The notes under the pieces are model-generated. The model saw nothing but the letters and a program-made list of their open reading frames with translations. It was not told where the DNA came from and did no database searches. From positions 1,054,001 to 1,118,000 of the forward strand of contig CBFFSA010000004.1 of assembly GCA_965644495.1 (NCBI GenBank): a DNA stretch of 64,000 nucleotides, in the 5' to 3' direction. A program made the position numbers and the translations under genes. The DNA is from Perkinsela sp. CCAP 1560/9. Lineage: Eukaryota; Protista; Euglenozoa: Kinetoplastea. Below are positions 50,302 through 61,700 of the stretch, piece by piece. Each line of letters opens with the position of its first letter. Position 1 is the first letter of the stretch.

Positions 50302-52380
50302 ATGCTGCAGGATATTTTAGAGGACGCAGGTTTACACGATTTTCACGACTTATTTCTCCAACGTGGAGTAGACGAAGACAATATCACACAACTCACCATG
50401 CAGGATTACCCCATGGTTGGGGTGACATCTGTGACGGACCGACGCAAGCTTTTTGACACGATTCAAAATTTGAAGCGTAAAAGAAAGCATCACACTGCAT
50501 CTGGCGTACCGGATAATTCTTCAAATGAATATTTCGTTAGTGCAGAAAAAAAAACTGACTTCAGAGACATCCAAGAGACACCCCGAAACAGTGAAGCCAT
50601 TCAAAGTTCTCCGAGTCCGTTTCGTCATCCCAATAAGACGATTTCGGAAGATAGCGTATCTACCATGATGTCGAATGCATGTAGTTCAGAACGTGCCATA
50701 CCTCAAAAGCGTCGGAGCCGAATTACGGTGGCCATACGTAAGCGACCGCTGAGTACTGAAGAACGAATGACCGGTCACGAGGATATTATTTTCACGGAAA
50801 ACGACACTTCTCTTACTCTCGTGGAGACGAAACACCGAGTCGACATGAGCAAATACTTGGATCGCCATCACTTTAACTTTGATGAAGTGATCTGCGAGGA
50901 CGTCGATAATGCGGAAGTTTATCGAAAGACTGCACGACCTCTGGTAGAAACCGTCATGTCAGGGGGACATGCAACTTGCTTCGCATACGGTCAAACAGGA
51001 AGTGGAAAAACACACACTATGCTGGGGAAAGGTGAGGATCACGGTATCTATTTTCAGGCCGCACGAGATATTTGGTCACAACTTGGCAGCACGTTATATG
51101 TGACGTCTAGCTTTTTTGAGATATACTCTGGCAAGTTATACGATCTTCTGAACGAACGTAAAGCACTCCACTGCCGAGAAGACGGAAAAGGGGTGGTTAA
51201 CATTGTAGGTCTTTCTGAGCACCGAATCGACAGCCCGGAACAACTTATGGAAGTTGTGGCGTATGGTAACTGCACTCGCGCATCTGGCACAACAGGAATG
51301 AACGCAGACTCTTCACGTAGTCACGCAATATTGAGAATAAACTTACGACAGGATGACTCTGACGTATTCGGACGCTTTTCCTTCATAGATTTGGCCGGAA
51401 GCGAACGCGGAGCTGATACCTTGGATTCCGACAGACAGACACGAATGGAAGGATCGGAGATCAACCGATCATTGCTTGCCCTGAAGGAGTGCATCCGGTC
51501 ACTCGACCAAGGGCATCGGCATGTGCCTTTTAGGGGATCTAAGCTTACCGCCGTTTTGAGAGACTCTTTTGCTGGAAACTCTCGTACAGTGATGATCGGC
51601 AATGTTAGCCCCGCATCATCTAGCTCGGAGCATACATTAAATACACTAAGGTATGCTGATCGAGTGAAGGAATTGAGGAAGATCGGATCAGAGCCGACTG
51701 GAGAATGCATGGTTGGGCAAGTACCCACGGAAGTCATTCAATCCGAGCGATACGAACCACGGACACGTCCAACTGTAGGACATAGACCACCATTAACATC
51801 GCGCGGTTTCGAAGAGGGATTACGTTCTTCTCGTCCCAAAGGAAGTCCTTATTCCAACACACGCCAAGAGCCTCGTCAGAGGCTTTCCTGTAAATCTAGA
51901 CTGAGTATTCATGGAGAGCAACTTCGAACCACACGATCTACCGTTTCTCAGAATAGGCGCAATTCACTTCTCACAGTTCGGGATCCCCCCACTTCTTCAC
52001 ATAGAAACACTGTTAATAGTTTTCACTTCGATGAACCTTCACTCGAAAATTCTCCACGCCCCCGAGATAGCACGTGTTCTGCATTGTCAGAATGTTCGCG
52101 TCGTGATTCTTCACAACGCTACAGTATTTCAAGCGATCAAGAAGGATTGGTCTTATCACATCGCCACTATATCGATGAAATGCTGGAGCGGACCAAAGCA
52201 GAAATGGGTCACCTTGCTGCCTTAGAACAGAAACAATGCTCTTTTCATCACTACGTCGATGCACTTGATGCCCTTTTGCTAGAGCATACAACGCGTACGG
52301 TAGCTTTAAGAGAGGGCATAGCTCAATTCCGGCAAAATAACGAGTTTCGAGCGTCATCTCCTCATGCTCTTTTCAGTTAG
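50302..52380 (+). CDS. Kinesin-13 (MCAK-like) with N-terminal SAM-like domain
   Basis: ITVAIRKRPL, TCFAYGQTGSGKTHTM, NADSSRSHA, FIDLAGSERG and EINRSLLALKECIR. Confidence 0.95.
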   Translation: MLQDILEDAGLHDFHDLFLQRGVDEDNITQLTMQDYPMVGVTSVTDRRKLFDTIQNLKRKRKHHTASGVPDNSSNEYFVSAEKKTDFRDIQETPRNSEAIQSSPSPFRHPNKTISEDSVSTMMSNACSSERAIPQKRRSRITVAIRKRPLSTEERMTGHEDIIFTENDTSLTLVETKHRVDMSKYLDRHHFNFDEVICEDVDNAEVYRKTARPLVETVMSGGHATCFAYGQTGSGKTHTMLGKGEDHGIYFQAARDIWSQLGSTLYVTSSFFEIYSGKLYDLLNERKALHCREDGKGVVNIVGLSEHRIDSPEQLMEVVAYGNCTRASGTTGMNADSSRSHAILRINLRQDDSDVFGRFSFIDLAGSERGADTLDSDRQTRMEGSEINRSLLALKECIRSLDQGHRHVPFRGSKLTAVLRDSFAGNSRTVMIGNVSPASSSSEHTLNTLRYADRVKELRKIGSEPTGECMVGQVPTEVIQSERYEPRTRPTVGHRPPLTSRGFEEGLRSSRPKGSPYSNTRQEPRQRLSCKSRLSIHGEQLRTTRSTVSQNRRNSLLTVRDPPTSSHRNTVNSFHFDEPSLENSPRPRDSTCSALSECSRRDSSQRYSISSDQEGLVLSHRHYIDEMLERTKAEMGHLAALEQKQCSFHHYVDALDALLLEHTTRTVALREGIAQFRQNNEFRASSPHALFS

Positions 52381-52576
52381 AGATAAAGTTGATAACTTCA
52401 TAACCTTATCACATTTTATTTTTATTTCTCACTTTCCCTCGCTTCTACTTTCAATGTTTTATCAAAGGGAACGACCTTGATAATCGGATTTTTGACGATC
52501 TTTTTCGTGAGTGCGGCTATCTAAACCCTCTAATTTCATAAATATTGCGCTTCTTTTTATTTCCTTCTGAGTTTCT

Positions 52577-54304
52577 ATGCGACGTTTCTCACTTCCGTTT
52601 TTTCGCGCGCCTTTTTCCCTGGCGTTTCCCATACGACGTCTGACGAATCCCTCGGTGGCACGTGCAGCCGGTAAGGCGGTGACCTCCAGTGAGTTAATCG
52701 GACATATTCATAGCATTGACGGCACCATTGCCACGGTTCTTCCCTCTCCGGGAAGCTCGGAGGTGGCGTACAACACCATTATTGAGATCCACGTACGGGC
52801 GAATCTTGCCGCATCGGGTCTTGTGTTCAACTTGGAGAAGGATGGACGTGTGGGTATTATTCTCATGGATAACATTCACGAGGTCAAGTCCGGGCAGAAA
52901 GTAACCGCCAGTGGTGAGCTTCTCTCCATCCCCTGTGGGTTCAGTGTGCTTGGGAAAGTAGTCAACCCGCTAGGTCATGAGATTCCCACGGGAAATGAGG
53001 ACGACGCAACGGTGTCCTTTGCGGGCGACAAGGAAATGGGTCGTGTGGATACCAATGCGCCGAATATTGTATCGCGTTCTCCTGTGAACTACAACCTCCT
53101 TACAGGCTTTAAGAGCGTAGACACGCTTATTCCGGTAGGTCGAGGCCAGCGAGAGCTCATCGTGGGGGATCGTCAGACCGGAAAGACCTCTTTGGCAGTG
53201 AGCACGATTATCAATCAGGTCCGCGTGAATCGTCAGATTCTGTCCAAGAACGCTGTGTTGTCCATCTACGTCTCCGTCGGCCAGCGTTGCTCCAATGTGG
53301 CTCGTATCCACCGGCTCCTCAGCAGCTACGGTGCTCTGCGCTACACCACTATCATGGCTGCCACCGCTGCCGAGCCGGCGGGTCTGCAGTTCCTTGCGCC
53401 TTACAGTGGGGTCACGATGGGGGAATACTTCATGCATCGTGGACGGCACTGTCTGGTCGTTTACGACGACCTCTCGAAGCAGGCTGTGGCATACCGCCAG
53501 CTCTCCCTGTTGCTGCGACGACCTCCTGGACGTGAGGCGTACCCCGGAGATGTGTTTTATCTCCACTCCCGGTTGCTGGAGCGTGCGGCGATGTTGTCCC
53601 CCGGGAAAGGAGGAGGCTCGCTGACGGCGCTGCCTGTAGTGGAGACATTGTCCAACGACGTCACGGCGTACATTGTGACCAATGTGATTTCTATCACGGA
53701 CGGTCAGATCTATCTTGATACGAAGTTGTTCACCGGGGGACAACGTCCCGCTGTGAACATTGGGCTCTCTGTCTCCCGGGTAGGTTCCAATGCTCAAAAT
53801 GTGGCGATGAAAAAGATTGCAGGTGATCTGAAGAAGATATTGGCTGAGTACCGAAAACTTGCTAGCGATTCCGTTGGAGGACAGCAGGTGATGACGATCC
53901 CCATGATTCGTGGTGCGCGCTTTGTGGCGTTGTTCAATCAGAAGGGGCCGTCCTATTTTATGCATGCTTTAGTGTCTCTTTATGCATGTCTTCACGGGTA
54001 CATGGATGATGTAAAGTTGCAGTACGTGAAATTCTATGAGTATCTACTTGTGAACAAAGACTTGGGCATACTCTACGGGGCAGCTAAAAACAGATTCTTC
54101 TACATGTATCTAAATGACCTCAATTACATTATTCGAATACTGACACTGAATTCCCCAGTCCTTCAAAATGAGTTAAACGCCATGCTAAAAACGCATACGT
54201 CGATCTTTCTGCAGCACTACCAATCCCGCATGAACAGCATGAAATCGGAAAAGGAACAAATCGCACTCAAAAACCTGTTGTACAGTTGCAAACGAGCCGT
54301 GTAA
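52577..54304 (+). CDS. atp1: Mitochondrial F1-ATP synthase alpha subunit, nucleus-encoded, euglenozoan type
   Basis: GRGQRELIVGDRQTGKT and PPGREAYPGDVFYLHSRLLERAA; mitochondrial presequence; divergent kinetoplastid-type C-terminus. Confidence 0.97.
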   Translation: MRRFSLPFFRAPFSLAFPIRRLTNPSVARAAGKAVTSSELIGHIHSIDGTIATVLPSPGSSEVAYNTIIEIHVRANLAASGLVFNLEKDGRVGIILMDNIHEVKSGQKVTASGELLSIPCGFSVLGKVVNPLGHEIPTGNEDDATVSFAGDKEMGRVDTNAPNIVSRSPVNYNLLTGFKSVDTLIPVGRGQRELIVGDRQTGKTSLAVSTIINQVRVNRQILSKNAVLSIYVSVGQRCSNVARIHRLLSSYGALRYTTIMAATAAEPAGLQFLAPYSGVTMGEYFMHRGRHCLVVYDDLSKQAVAYRQLSLLLRRPPGREAYPGDVFYLHSRLLERAAMLSPGKGGGSLTALPVVETLSNDVTAYIVTNVISITDGQIYLDTKLFTGGQRPAVNIGLSVSRVGSNAQNVAMKKIAGDLKKILAEYRKLASDSVGGQQVMTIPMIRGARFVALFNQKGPSYFMHALVSLYACLHGYMDDVKLQYVKFYEYLLVNKDLGILYGAAKNRFFYMYLNDLNYIIRILTLNSPVLQNELNAMLKTHTSIFLQHYQSRMNSMKSEKEQIALKNLLYSCKRAV

Positions 54305-54710
54305 GGGAAAAAATAGAGTTCGTACATATTAGGATACAGACTGAAGCACATTGTATAATCATACGAAATGGATATTAAAATGTATTAAGTGAAGTATCAT
54401 ACAAAAATACTACAATTCTCTTGTACGAAAGTTTTTGTAGGGAACATTCCAATTACCGATAACAAATTATTGCACTAGTAAGTGATTCGATGATATTTGT
54501 TTTTTAGAACCTCATAGTTACATGCTCAATGAAAAGATTGAAAAAGAAAAACAGGCAAAGGGATTCATCGTCCGACACTTTCCGATATTTAAAAGCCCCA
54601 TCATCGCAATAGTTATAAGAATGTTCTGATTTCTGCTTTTTTAGGTAAAAATCCTCTAGCTTTACTCTCTTGAAATTTAAACTTTCTTTTAAGTATCTCT
54701 GTATAAATAT

Positions 54711-55007
54711 ATGGCGGATCCGTTTATTCGTCCTGGACAGCCTCATTCGCATCACACTGCTCATCTCATACACAAAGTCAGCGGCACTGGCCATCCCGAC
54801 ACTACCGCACAAGAACTTGCTTGTCAGCATCAACGAGATCAGCTGTCGCACCTGCTGCTTTTTCTTCCCTCTACAATGTACATAGCAACCTCAACGAATA
54901 CGAATACCGAACGCGTGAGATGTCAATTACTGGAGCGTTTGCATGAACCATATTTCGCGACGGAGGAGGAACCTGTGTTTCGAGTTAGCGAGGCATTTAG
55001 TCAATGA
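54711..55007 (+). CDS. SF3B5: Splicing factor 3B subunit 5 (SF3b10)
   Basis: HLIHKVSGTGHPDTT...QHQRD...YIA......RVRCQLLERLHEP matches SF3B5 HLQSKYIGTGHADTT...QHRD...RVRFNLMEKMLQP. Confidence 0.82.
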   Translation: MADPFIRPGQPHSHHTAHLIHKVSGTGHPDTTAQELACQHQRDQLSHLLLFLPSTMYIATSTNTNTERVRCQLLERLHEPYFATEEEPVFRVSEAFSQ

Positions 55008-55246
55008 CCTTATACCGTAAGATGACCGGCCCGCGACAATGGAGTAAGCTCATTAGTTTTCTTCTTAATATGTAACTTGGGTTATTTGTACCGCAAGCAA
55101 TCTGCTCGGAGATATGACCTTGTATTTCGTAAAATTGTATCCTTACAAACACGCTTTTTTTGACCCACCGACATGTAAGCCTCTTCCTATGTAATTTCTC
55201 TAGAACCATATTATTATGGAAAATTGTCAATTCTCCTGTTCATAGC

Positions 55247-56365
55247 ATGACTTTGCAGCGCGGAAGCCTCAAACGCATACTACATGATTCACGGTTATGG
55301 TGTACTTTTCAAAGACACAAATGCTCTCACGTGGAGAGGTCAGCTTTTACGGGAACATGCGTTCCAATTACATACTATTTTCTAAGGCACGAAAATACCT
55401 ATAGAGTTATGCCTAACTTACCTTGCCCATTTCGCAACGACATTTTGCGGCGCTCCGTTACTTTTGACTTTGATAAGGAAGTAGAAGAACACGTGTCACT
55501 TGGGTCAGGTCCAGGTGGAGGTGCGCGAAATAAATGCAAAAATGCAGTAACCCTTCATCACCTCAATACTGGCATTCGAGTGCGATGCAGTAAGTTTAGG
55601 TCTCTACATGAAAATAGAAAGATGGCGTTGTGGAATTTACAAAAGCAATTGGAGGACTTTCTTCTCGGCGCACATGGACCCACAGAACGCAAGCATCGTG
55701 CCAATAATATACCGAGAAGTCTGGAAGCCAGACATATAGAACACCAAAAGGTACAGAAATATTGCCTCGCAGAATTTTTTGGAGGAATTTCTACGCAGAA
55801 CGGCTCAGCAATAAAACAAACCATACATAAAGTTTTTTTGATGCAGGTTCGCGCGAATGTGTGGAGCTGGCTCGTAAATCATCCGGAACCATTTTCTCTT
55901 ATCTCACGGATCCTTCCTCTTCCAGGGATGCCTACATCTAAGGATTTGATCACACTCGAAGACTACTACGAAATCTTTGAAAATCCTTTGAGTCGAAAGG
56001 CATACCACAGAGTTCTCCAAACACTTCTTGAGGTATACGATATATCGTTCACATCGTCCACAGGAGAAGCAGTGGATAACTATGCAAGCGAATCCAATGA
56101 TTCTGACTCAAAAGAAAATTTCTCGCAAACCGCACGGGATAGATCAAAGCATCTTAGATGCTACAACGATCCTCGTTTGGCAAAGCATGCATTAGTGTTG
56201 AAGCGACAGGAGAATAAATTACTGTGGAATACACTCACATCTCGACTACTTTGTTCTTTCTCCATTGCTCCCGTTTTAAATTACGACATGATAGTAAAAG
56301 AATTAGTTGCTTATTTACTCGATTATCTGCCACAAGATCATACACATTCTCTATCAAATTTTTAA
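55247..56365 (+). CDS. RF-1-domain peptidyl-tRNA hydrolase-like protein (C12orf65/ICT1-like), GGQ altered
   Basis: EEHVSLGSGPGGGARNKCKNAVTLHHLNTGIRVRCSKFRSLHENRKMALWNL. Confidence 0.78.
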   Translation: MTLQRGSLKRILHDSRLWCTFQRHKCSHVERSAFTGTCVPITYYFLRHENTYRVMPNLPCPFRNDILRRSVTFDFDKEVEEHVSLGSGPGGGARNKCKNAVTLHHLNTGIRVRCSKFRSLHENRKMALWNLQKQLEDFLLGAHGPTERKHRANNIPRSLEARHIEHQKVQKYCLAEFFGGISTQNGSAIKQTIHKVFLMQVRANVWSWLVNHPEPFSLISRILPLPGMPTSKDLITLEDYYEIFENPLSRKAYHRVLQTLLEVYDISFTSSTGEAVDNYASESNDSDSKENFSQTARDRSKHLRCYNDPRLAKHALVLKRQENKLLWNTLTSRLLCSFSIAPVLNYDMIVKELVAYLLDYLPQDHTHSLSNF

Positions 56366-56724
56366 GGCTTTTTGATATTGAGACCTTGATTTTACTCAGT
56401 ACATGGCATTGTAATCTCGCTCACATTTACTAATTGTGTCGGTCACGATGATACTATTTGTTTATAGGCAAGCAGGTCCACATAAAAGATTCGGTACTGA
56501 AAGACCATCGTGGTAGTCATACTATGACTGCCTTGTAATTTCTTTATGAAATTATTGACAATAAAGAAATTTTCTTTGTTCTGTCAATCAAGATGGCTGT
56601 GTATATACGCGCATGCTTTTATCTATTTTTATCTGTTCGTTCGTAATCACATTAGTTTGGCGAAAAGTTTTCAACTGTGTTTTTAGTGTAGTTTTTCAAC
56701 CTGTGTTCTCTGTACGTATGATCT

Positions 56725-57162
56725 ATGTATGAGAGCAACGTACCACCGAATTGTTGTCTCAGCATGATGTCGTTCTTCAAAATGGTCCTAAGTGCTACGT
56801 TTTTTCTTCTTCTAGGTGCGTATTCATTTCCTGGTCCTGTGAATAGGGGGTGTAATTTGTTGTGCACGCTGGTGCAAGATAACGATATTGAGAATGAAAA
56901 TTCTGTTGTAGAGGAAGAAAGCAAGTGTGAATCAATTGATGATATTTCCTATTATGAAGATGGACGTTTACGTGACTTAAAAAATTCTTCTGAGACTCTT
57001 ATCGTCACCGATTCTACTTCAGCAAATTACGACGAAGATTGGCCACAGGAACCTGCTCAGCAAAGTATGGGCGTTACACCTCATGATCGCAGCTGTAGTG
57101 ATTCCAAAGCGAACATTGGGAGGATACATCCTGGATTTGTCTCTTCTTTTGATCATTTTTGA
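56725..57162 (+). CDS. Hypothetical small protein with signal-peptide-like segment
   Basis: Hydrophobic MVLSATFFLLLGAYS followed by an acidic body; true start uncertain. Confidence 0.5.
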   Translation: MYESNVPPNCCLSMMSFFKMVLSATFFLLLGAYSFPGPVNRGCNLLCTLVQDNDIENENSVVEEESKCESIDDISYYEDGRLRDLKNSSETLIVTDSTSANYDEDWPQEPAQQSMGVTPHDRSCSDSKANIGRIHPGFVSSFDHF

Positions 57163-57482
57163 CACAGCTCACATTTAGATGTACAACATACATTTACATG
57201 TACATGTATGTTATTCCTTCATCCTTTTTGTGCGCAAGTTAACCTGTACTATTTTCTACTTTCTCTTCGAAATGATTAGTGCTCACTTCAGTAGTAATAC
57301 TCTTATTTTAGTGTAGATTTTTCTAATGTTATCTTAAATAATTCTCATCTCGTTCTGTATTCTAGAAAAATAGTATAAAAAATCTATTTTTGCTTTACCA
57401 AACATTATGAAGTCGCTTTTCTGAGAATCAAGTCTCCACACAATCTGGTTTTCCTCAAACTTCGAAACTAAGGAATCTGACT

Positions 57483-58583
57483 ATGATACCAACGAGGTCG
57501 TATGAGCAGGTTGTGTCCGAGGCGCGGAATAATCTGAACTGCTTCATAGATACCTTACACTGCACAAATAAAGGCCTTACGTTAGATGAGACATTCATAG
57601 CTGATGTTCTGAAATGTGACATTAGAAGACTAAGAGAAACACGGACACAAAGTAGTCGTTTTTGCTGTAATAGTTACACTTCAAAATCTTTCCTTCATAC
57701 CATGACGCAAGAAGCGCACAATGCCGGTATTCTGCTCCATGAAGGAATTGCGCTGGATACTGACCGATTCGGTGGCATTGGTTGGTTCAATGTTGGAAAA
57801 CAAATTGTGCACCCCGGAAAACCCATCTGTTCCTTTCCTTTATCTCTCTCAATTAAACCTTCATGTAAACGTTCAACCCTTAGGATTAGGGGAAGTTTCG
57901 ATTTTTCATGCCGCCTTGCGCGTCTCATTTGTAGTGAAAATTTTACAAGGTTGTCTACATATCGCTCATATTTACAGAGCAGCTGCCCTGAATACGCAAC
58001 TTTAAACTTGGACAAGTCTCCTGCAATTAGAAACGGTCCTTATTTGAGTAAAAAGGAATTAAGCAGCTCCGGTGGCTTAAATTTTTTGAACAGGATTCAG
58101 TTCGCCGTTGAAAAAAAAATGGGATACTTTTCTAAAAGCACTTCATTGGATACAAGAAAGTGGGCCTTCAGCACTGCCCTTGGTCGTAAATTCTCTACCT
58201 ATATTATACCGTACGCAGACTTTTTTAATCACTGCAGCACTCCAAATGCACACAGCACAATGCCTGCCTCAACTGGAACGCGAGTAGTTGATGTCATAGA
58301 AAATTATATGAATGGAGTTCCGTTATCTAGGCTTAGCGAATCTTACATGCACACATACGCGCTACGCAAAATTTTACCAAGGGAGATGATCGAAATTGCT
58401 TATAGCGACATGGATCCCTTGGAAACGTCAAATACGCTATACCCATCAAGAGCCAGTGGGCACGACCTATGGTTGCTACAGTGGGGTTTTCTACCTCCAG
58501 AACGAACACGATACTCAATGGACCAGCTTGATCAGGCCACATCTACAATGTCGCAATTACGTATGATGCGCTTCAATTTTTAG
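57483..58583 (+). CDS. SET-domain lysine methyltransferase (Rubisco-LSMT/SETD3-like)
   Basis: GGIGWF, IIPYADFFNHCSTPN, ALRKILPREMIEIAY and LLQWGF. Confidence 0.85.
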   Translation: MIPTRSYEQVVSEARNNLNCFIDTLHCTNKGLTLDETFIADVLKCDIRRLRETRTQSSRFCCNSYTSKSFLHTMTQEAHNAGILLHEGIALDTDRFGGIGWFNVGKQIVHPGKPICSFPLSLSIKPSCKRSTLRIRGSFDFSCRLARLICSENFTRLSTYRSYLQSSCPEYATLNLDKSPAIRNGPYLSKKELSSSGGLNFLNRIQFAVEKKMGYFSKSTSLDTRKWAFSTALGRKFSTYIIPYADFFNHCSTPNAHSTMPASTGTRVVDVIENYMNGVPLSRLSESYMHTYALRKILPREMIEIAYSDMDPLETSNTLYPSRASGHDLWLLQWGFLPPERTRYSMDQLDQATSTMSQLRMMRFNF

Positions 58584-58728
58584 GTGACTTGTTTTAGAAT
58601 TTTAGAATAACTTCATCATAAAATAAATTGCGGTGGTTGTACAACTACCGCTCTACCCTCGATTATTGGAAAAAAAAAGTGAATAAAAACAGTGAAAATA
58701 TAAAGAGGAACACAGTAATAAATTTGTT

Positions 58729-58821
58729 AGACTCTTCGCTAAACGCGGTGGTTGTTTTCAACTTAGAAGTCACTCATGCTGCGCGCTTCGCGTTGAAAAC
58801 GCCGCGTTTAACGAAGAGCCT
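58729..58821. repeat. Hairpin unit copy 1 (93 bp, degenerate)
   Basis: AGACTCTTCGCTAAACGCGG...CCGCGTTTAACGAAGAGCCT. Confidence 0.85.
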
Positions 58822-59089
58822 AAAAAAGAAACATCGTCAAAAGATCATAAATAATCTATTTTGGGGGGTAAAAAAGCTCGATTTTTCGGCGAAAAATGCG
58901 AAATTTTAACCCGAATTTGGACAGTTTTTGATGCCTTACCCGTAGGGGCAGGAGGCGAATCTGTCAAAAAAAAAAGACGTCGCAGAATGGTAGCTGAGGT
59001 CCAAAACTCTTAAAATACATTTTAGGAGTCAATTTCGGAAAAATAATATTCTTACTTTTTGTTTGGTGAAAAAAATGATTTTTTGGTTA

Positions 59090-59514
59090 CCGTTACCCCC
59101 CCGCTTACTTAGCCCCCACTTTTTGGCCCAAGACCCGTACTTTGTGGTGAACTTCATTCCTGCAGCTACGTAGCATTCCTGTAACCGTTATCATTTCCCC
59201 CCGGAACGTTAAACCAGACTGTGGTTTAAAATCCCGGTATGACGGCGTCGTCTTCACCGACGTGTGCACCAAGAACCTTTGTTCATCGATGTTTGTGCGC
59301 CATCTGTGTCCCTCCTTGAAGACCACTGGGCGTGACTCTGCCTCGCCTTACCCCGATGCAACGGTCGGTTGCAGTGCACCCCTCCGGCTGTGTAAAGAGG
59401 TGGTAAGTTGTCTGAGAAAATTCCGACACCCCCCTTACTTCACCACACGTCCAGCGACTAAATGTGGTGAAGGCGACTAAATGTGGGGGAGGCGAAGTAA
59501 AGGGGGGGTAACGG
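59090..59514. mobile_element. 425-bp TA-flanked MITE nested in the array
   Basis: TA|CCGTTACCCCCCC...GGGGGGGTAACGG|TA. Removing it restores the module seen uninterrupted at ~25280 and ~60350. Confidence 0.85.
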
Positions 59515-60620
59515 TACACCAAAAAATTCGGAAATTTTTAACTTGTCGGACCCCTCCAGCGCGTAGCAGGGGGGTATCCCCAGGTGGGGGGTGGGGGGGT
59601 GGAAAATTATCGCCGCGGCATACACTCTACCACTTCGCCGCGCTCGATTTTGAAAAGCAAAAATTTCGAAAAAAAATCGCGACGCATGCCCCCTCCCTGG
59701 ACCCCCCCTAGACCCCCCCCTGCCCCCCCCCCTGGACCCCCCCCTGCACCCACCCTGGACCCCCCCATGGACCCCCCATTTTTTTGAATTTTTTTTTCAG
59801 TTTTGGACCATCGGGGCCCCTTTTATATTTTTTTCTTCGACATTTTTTCTTCTGTATTATAAACTTTTTTTCTTCTATTACTGTGTTCCAGTTTATATTT
59901 TCTTTTCAAAAATGGGGTCTGGGGGGGCAGGGGGGGCATACGTCGCGAAACTTTTTTTTGATTTTTTTTCTTTTCAAAGAGTATGCTGCGGCGATGATTT
60001 TCCACCCCCCACATTTGGGGGTGACCCCCCCTGGCACGCGCAGGAGTGGTCCGACAAGTTCGAAATTATTAAAAATTTTGGGATGACCCAAAAACAAATT
60101 TTTGACCAAAAAAAGTAAAAGTATCATTTTTCCAAAATGGACTCCTAAAACGCATTCTGAGAGTTTGGGAACTCAGCCACCGTTGTACGAAGTTTTTTTC
60201 AACAGATTCGCCTTCTACCCCTGTTGATTTTCGAAATCGAGCGTAGGGAAGTGGTAGAGTAGGACGCGGCGATGACTTTCCACCCCCCCACCAGGGGGTA
60301 ACCCCCCCTGGTACGCGCGGGAGGGGTCCGACAAGGTCAAAAATTCGGAAATTTTTGGGATGACCAAAAAAAGTATTTGACCCGAAAAAAAGTAAAAATA
60401 TTATTTTTCGAAAATCGACTCCTAAACCGTATTTGGAGAGTTTGGGACCCCAGCTACCATTCTGCGACGTTTTTTTCGTCAGATTCGCCTCCTACCCCTT
60501 CTGGTAAGGCATCAAAAACGGCCTAAATTCGGGTTAAAATTTCGCATTTTTTGCCGAAAAATCGAGGTTTTCTCCCCAAAAAAATAGATTATTTATGATC
60601 TTTTCGCGATTTTTCTTTTT

Positions 60621-60717
60621 AGGCTCTTCGTTAAACGCGGAGGTAGTTTTCAACGCGAAGCGCGCAGCATGAGTGACTTCTAAGTTGAAAACAACCACCG
60701 CGTTTAACGAAGAGCCT
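60621..60717. repeat. Hairpin unit copy 2 (97 bp)
   Basis: Perfect 20-bp IR AGGCTCTTCGTTAAACGCGG; core in the opposite orientation to copy 1. Confidence 0.9.
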
Positions 60718-61040
60718 AAAAAAGAAAACCGGTGGTCCAAAAAAACAAGAAAACCCGGTGGTCCAAAACTGAAAAAAAATCAAAAAAATGGGGTGCCCAT
60801 GGGGGGGCTTTTTTAAAAAAATGGGGTCGTTTTTTGAATTTTCTCTCAGGACCGCTACGGTCAGCTCGTTTTGAACGAGCAGCTGAAGGGCCGGACTGCA
60901 GCTTCCTCCCTCCCCGCTCCTCCGCCGACGAGAAAGGCGGCCACGCGGGCGTGGCAATACCGTTTGCATATTTTTCTGTTTTTGAAAATTTCTTGATGTG
61001 CAAAGTCACGAGGGTATCAAAATTTCTAAAAATGCTGAAA

Positions 61041-61410
61041 CGCTCCAGCGCGTGGGTCGCGCACTGAGAACCTGTGCCTACCCCTTCCGCAGGATTGTCC
61101 AGAGGCAAGGCCCAACTGTGAGCGAATCCCACTTCTGGAGGCAAAGGCCCCAGTTTGCGAGCAAGGCCCAACTGTGAGCGTAGCCCTGGGACATAATTAT
61201 ATTTTTTGGCGACCCGCGCGCTCCAGCGCGTGGGTCGCGCACTGAGAACCTGTGCCTACCCCTTCCGCAGGATTGTCCAGAGGCAAAAGGTCCAACTGTG
61301 AGCGAAGCCCACGTCTGGAGGCAAAGGCCCCAGTTTGCGAGCAAAACCCAATTGTGAGTGAAGCCCACTTCTGGAGGCAAAAGCCCCCGTTTGCGAGCAA
61401 GGCCTAACCC
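61041..61410. repeat. 178-bp tandem duplication with ~53-bp internal sub-repeats
   Basis: CGCTCCAGCGCGTGGGTCGCGCACTGAG at 61041 and 61219; recurring CCAACTGTGAGCGAA.CCCAC.TCTGGAGGCAAAGGCCCC. Confidence 0.88.
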
Positions 61411-61594
61411 AATCCATCCAATACAAAATACCGACAAAGTCGGCTAAAACACTTAGTACTTTCACATGAAACATTTCCATCTCTATCACCTCCAAATTAG
61501 GAGTTTTTGTGCCTATCCTATCCTATCCTATAATACCCCTGCCGGGTAAATGGGTAATTACCCGCATTGACAGGTCGACTTAGAAAGCTACATA

Positions 61595-61700
61595 CAGGGG
61601 GGTAAATCAGATGCTGCGGGGGGTCTAAAAATTATAAAACCCTTCAAATTTTGGAAAATGACAGCGCATTCGAGAGCTCTCGCAGAGTTCTAGGTTTTTG
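61595..61700. mobile_element. Terminus of the CAGGGGG MITE family
   Basis: TA|CAGGGGGGTAAATC...GGGGGTCTAAAA...AGCGCATTCGAGAGCTCTCGC is homologous to 225-320. Confidence 0.72.

Noticed and set aside
52970-53965. 331-aa antisense ORF
   Set aside because: Mirror of the conserved F1-alpha frame; no motifs.
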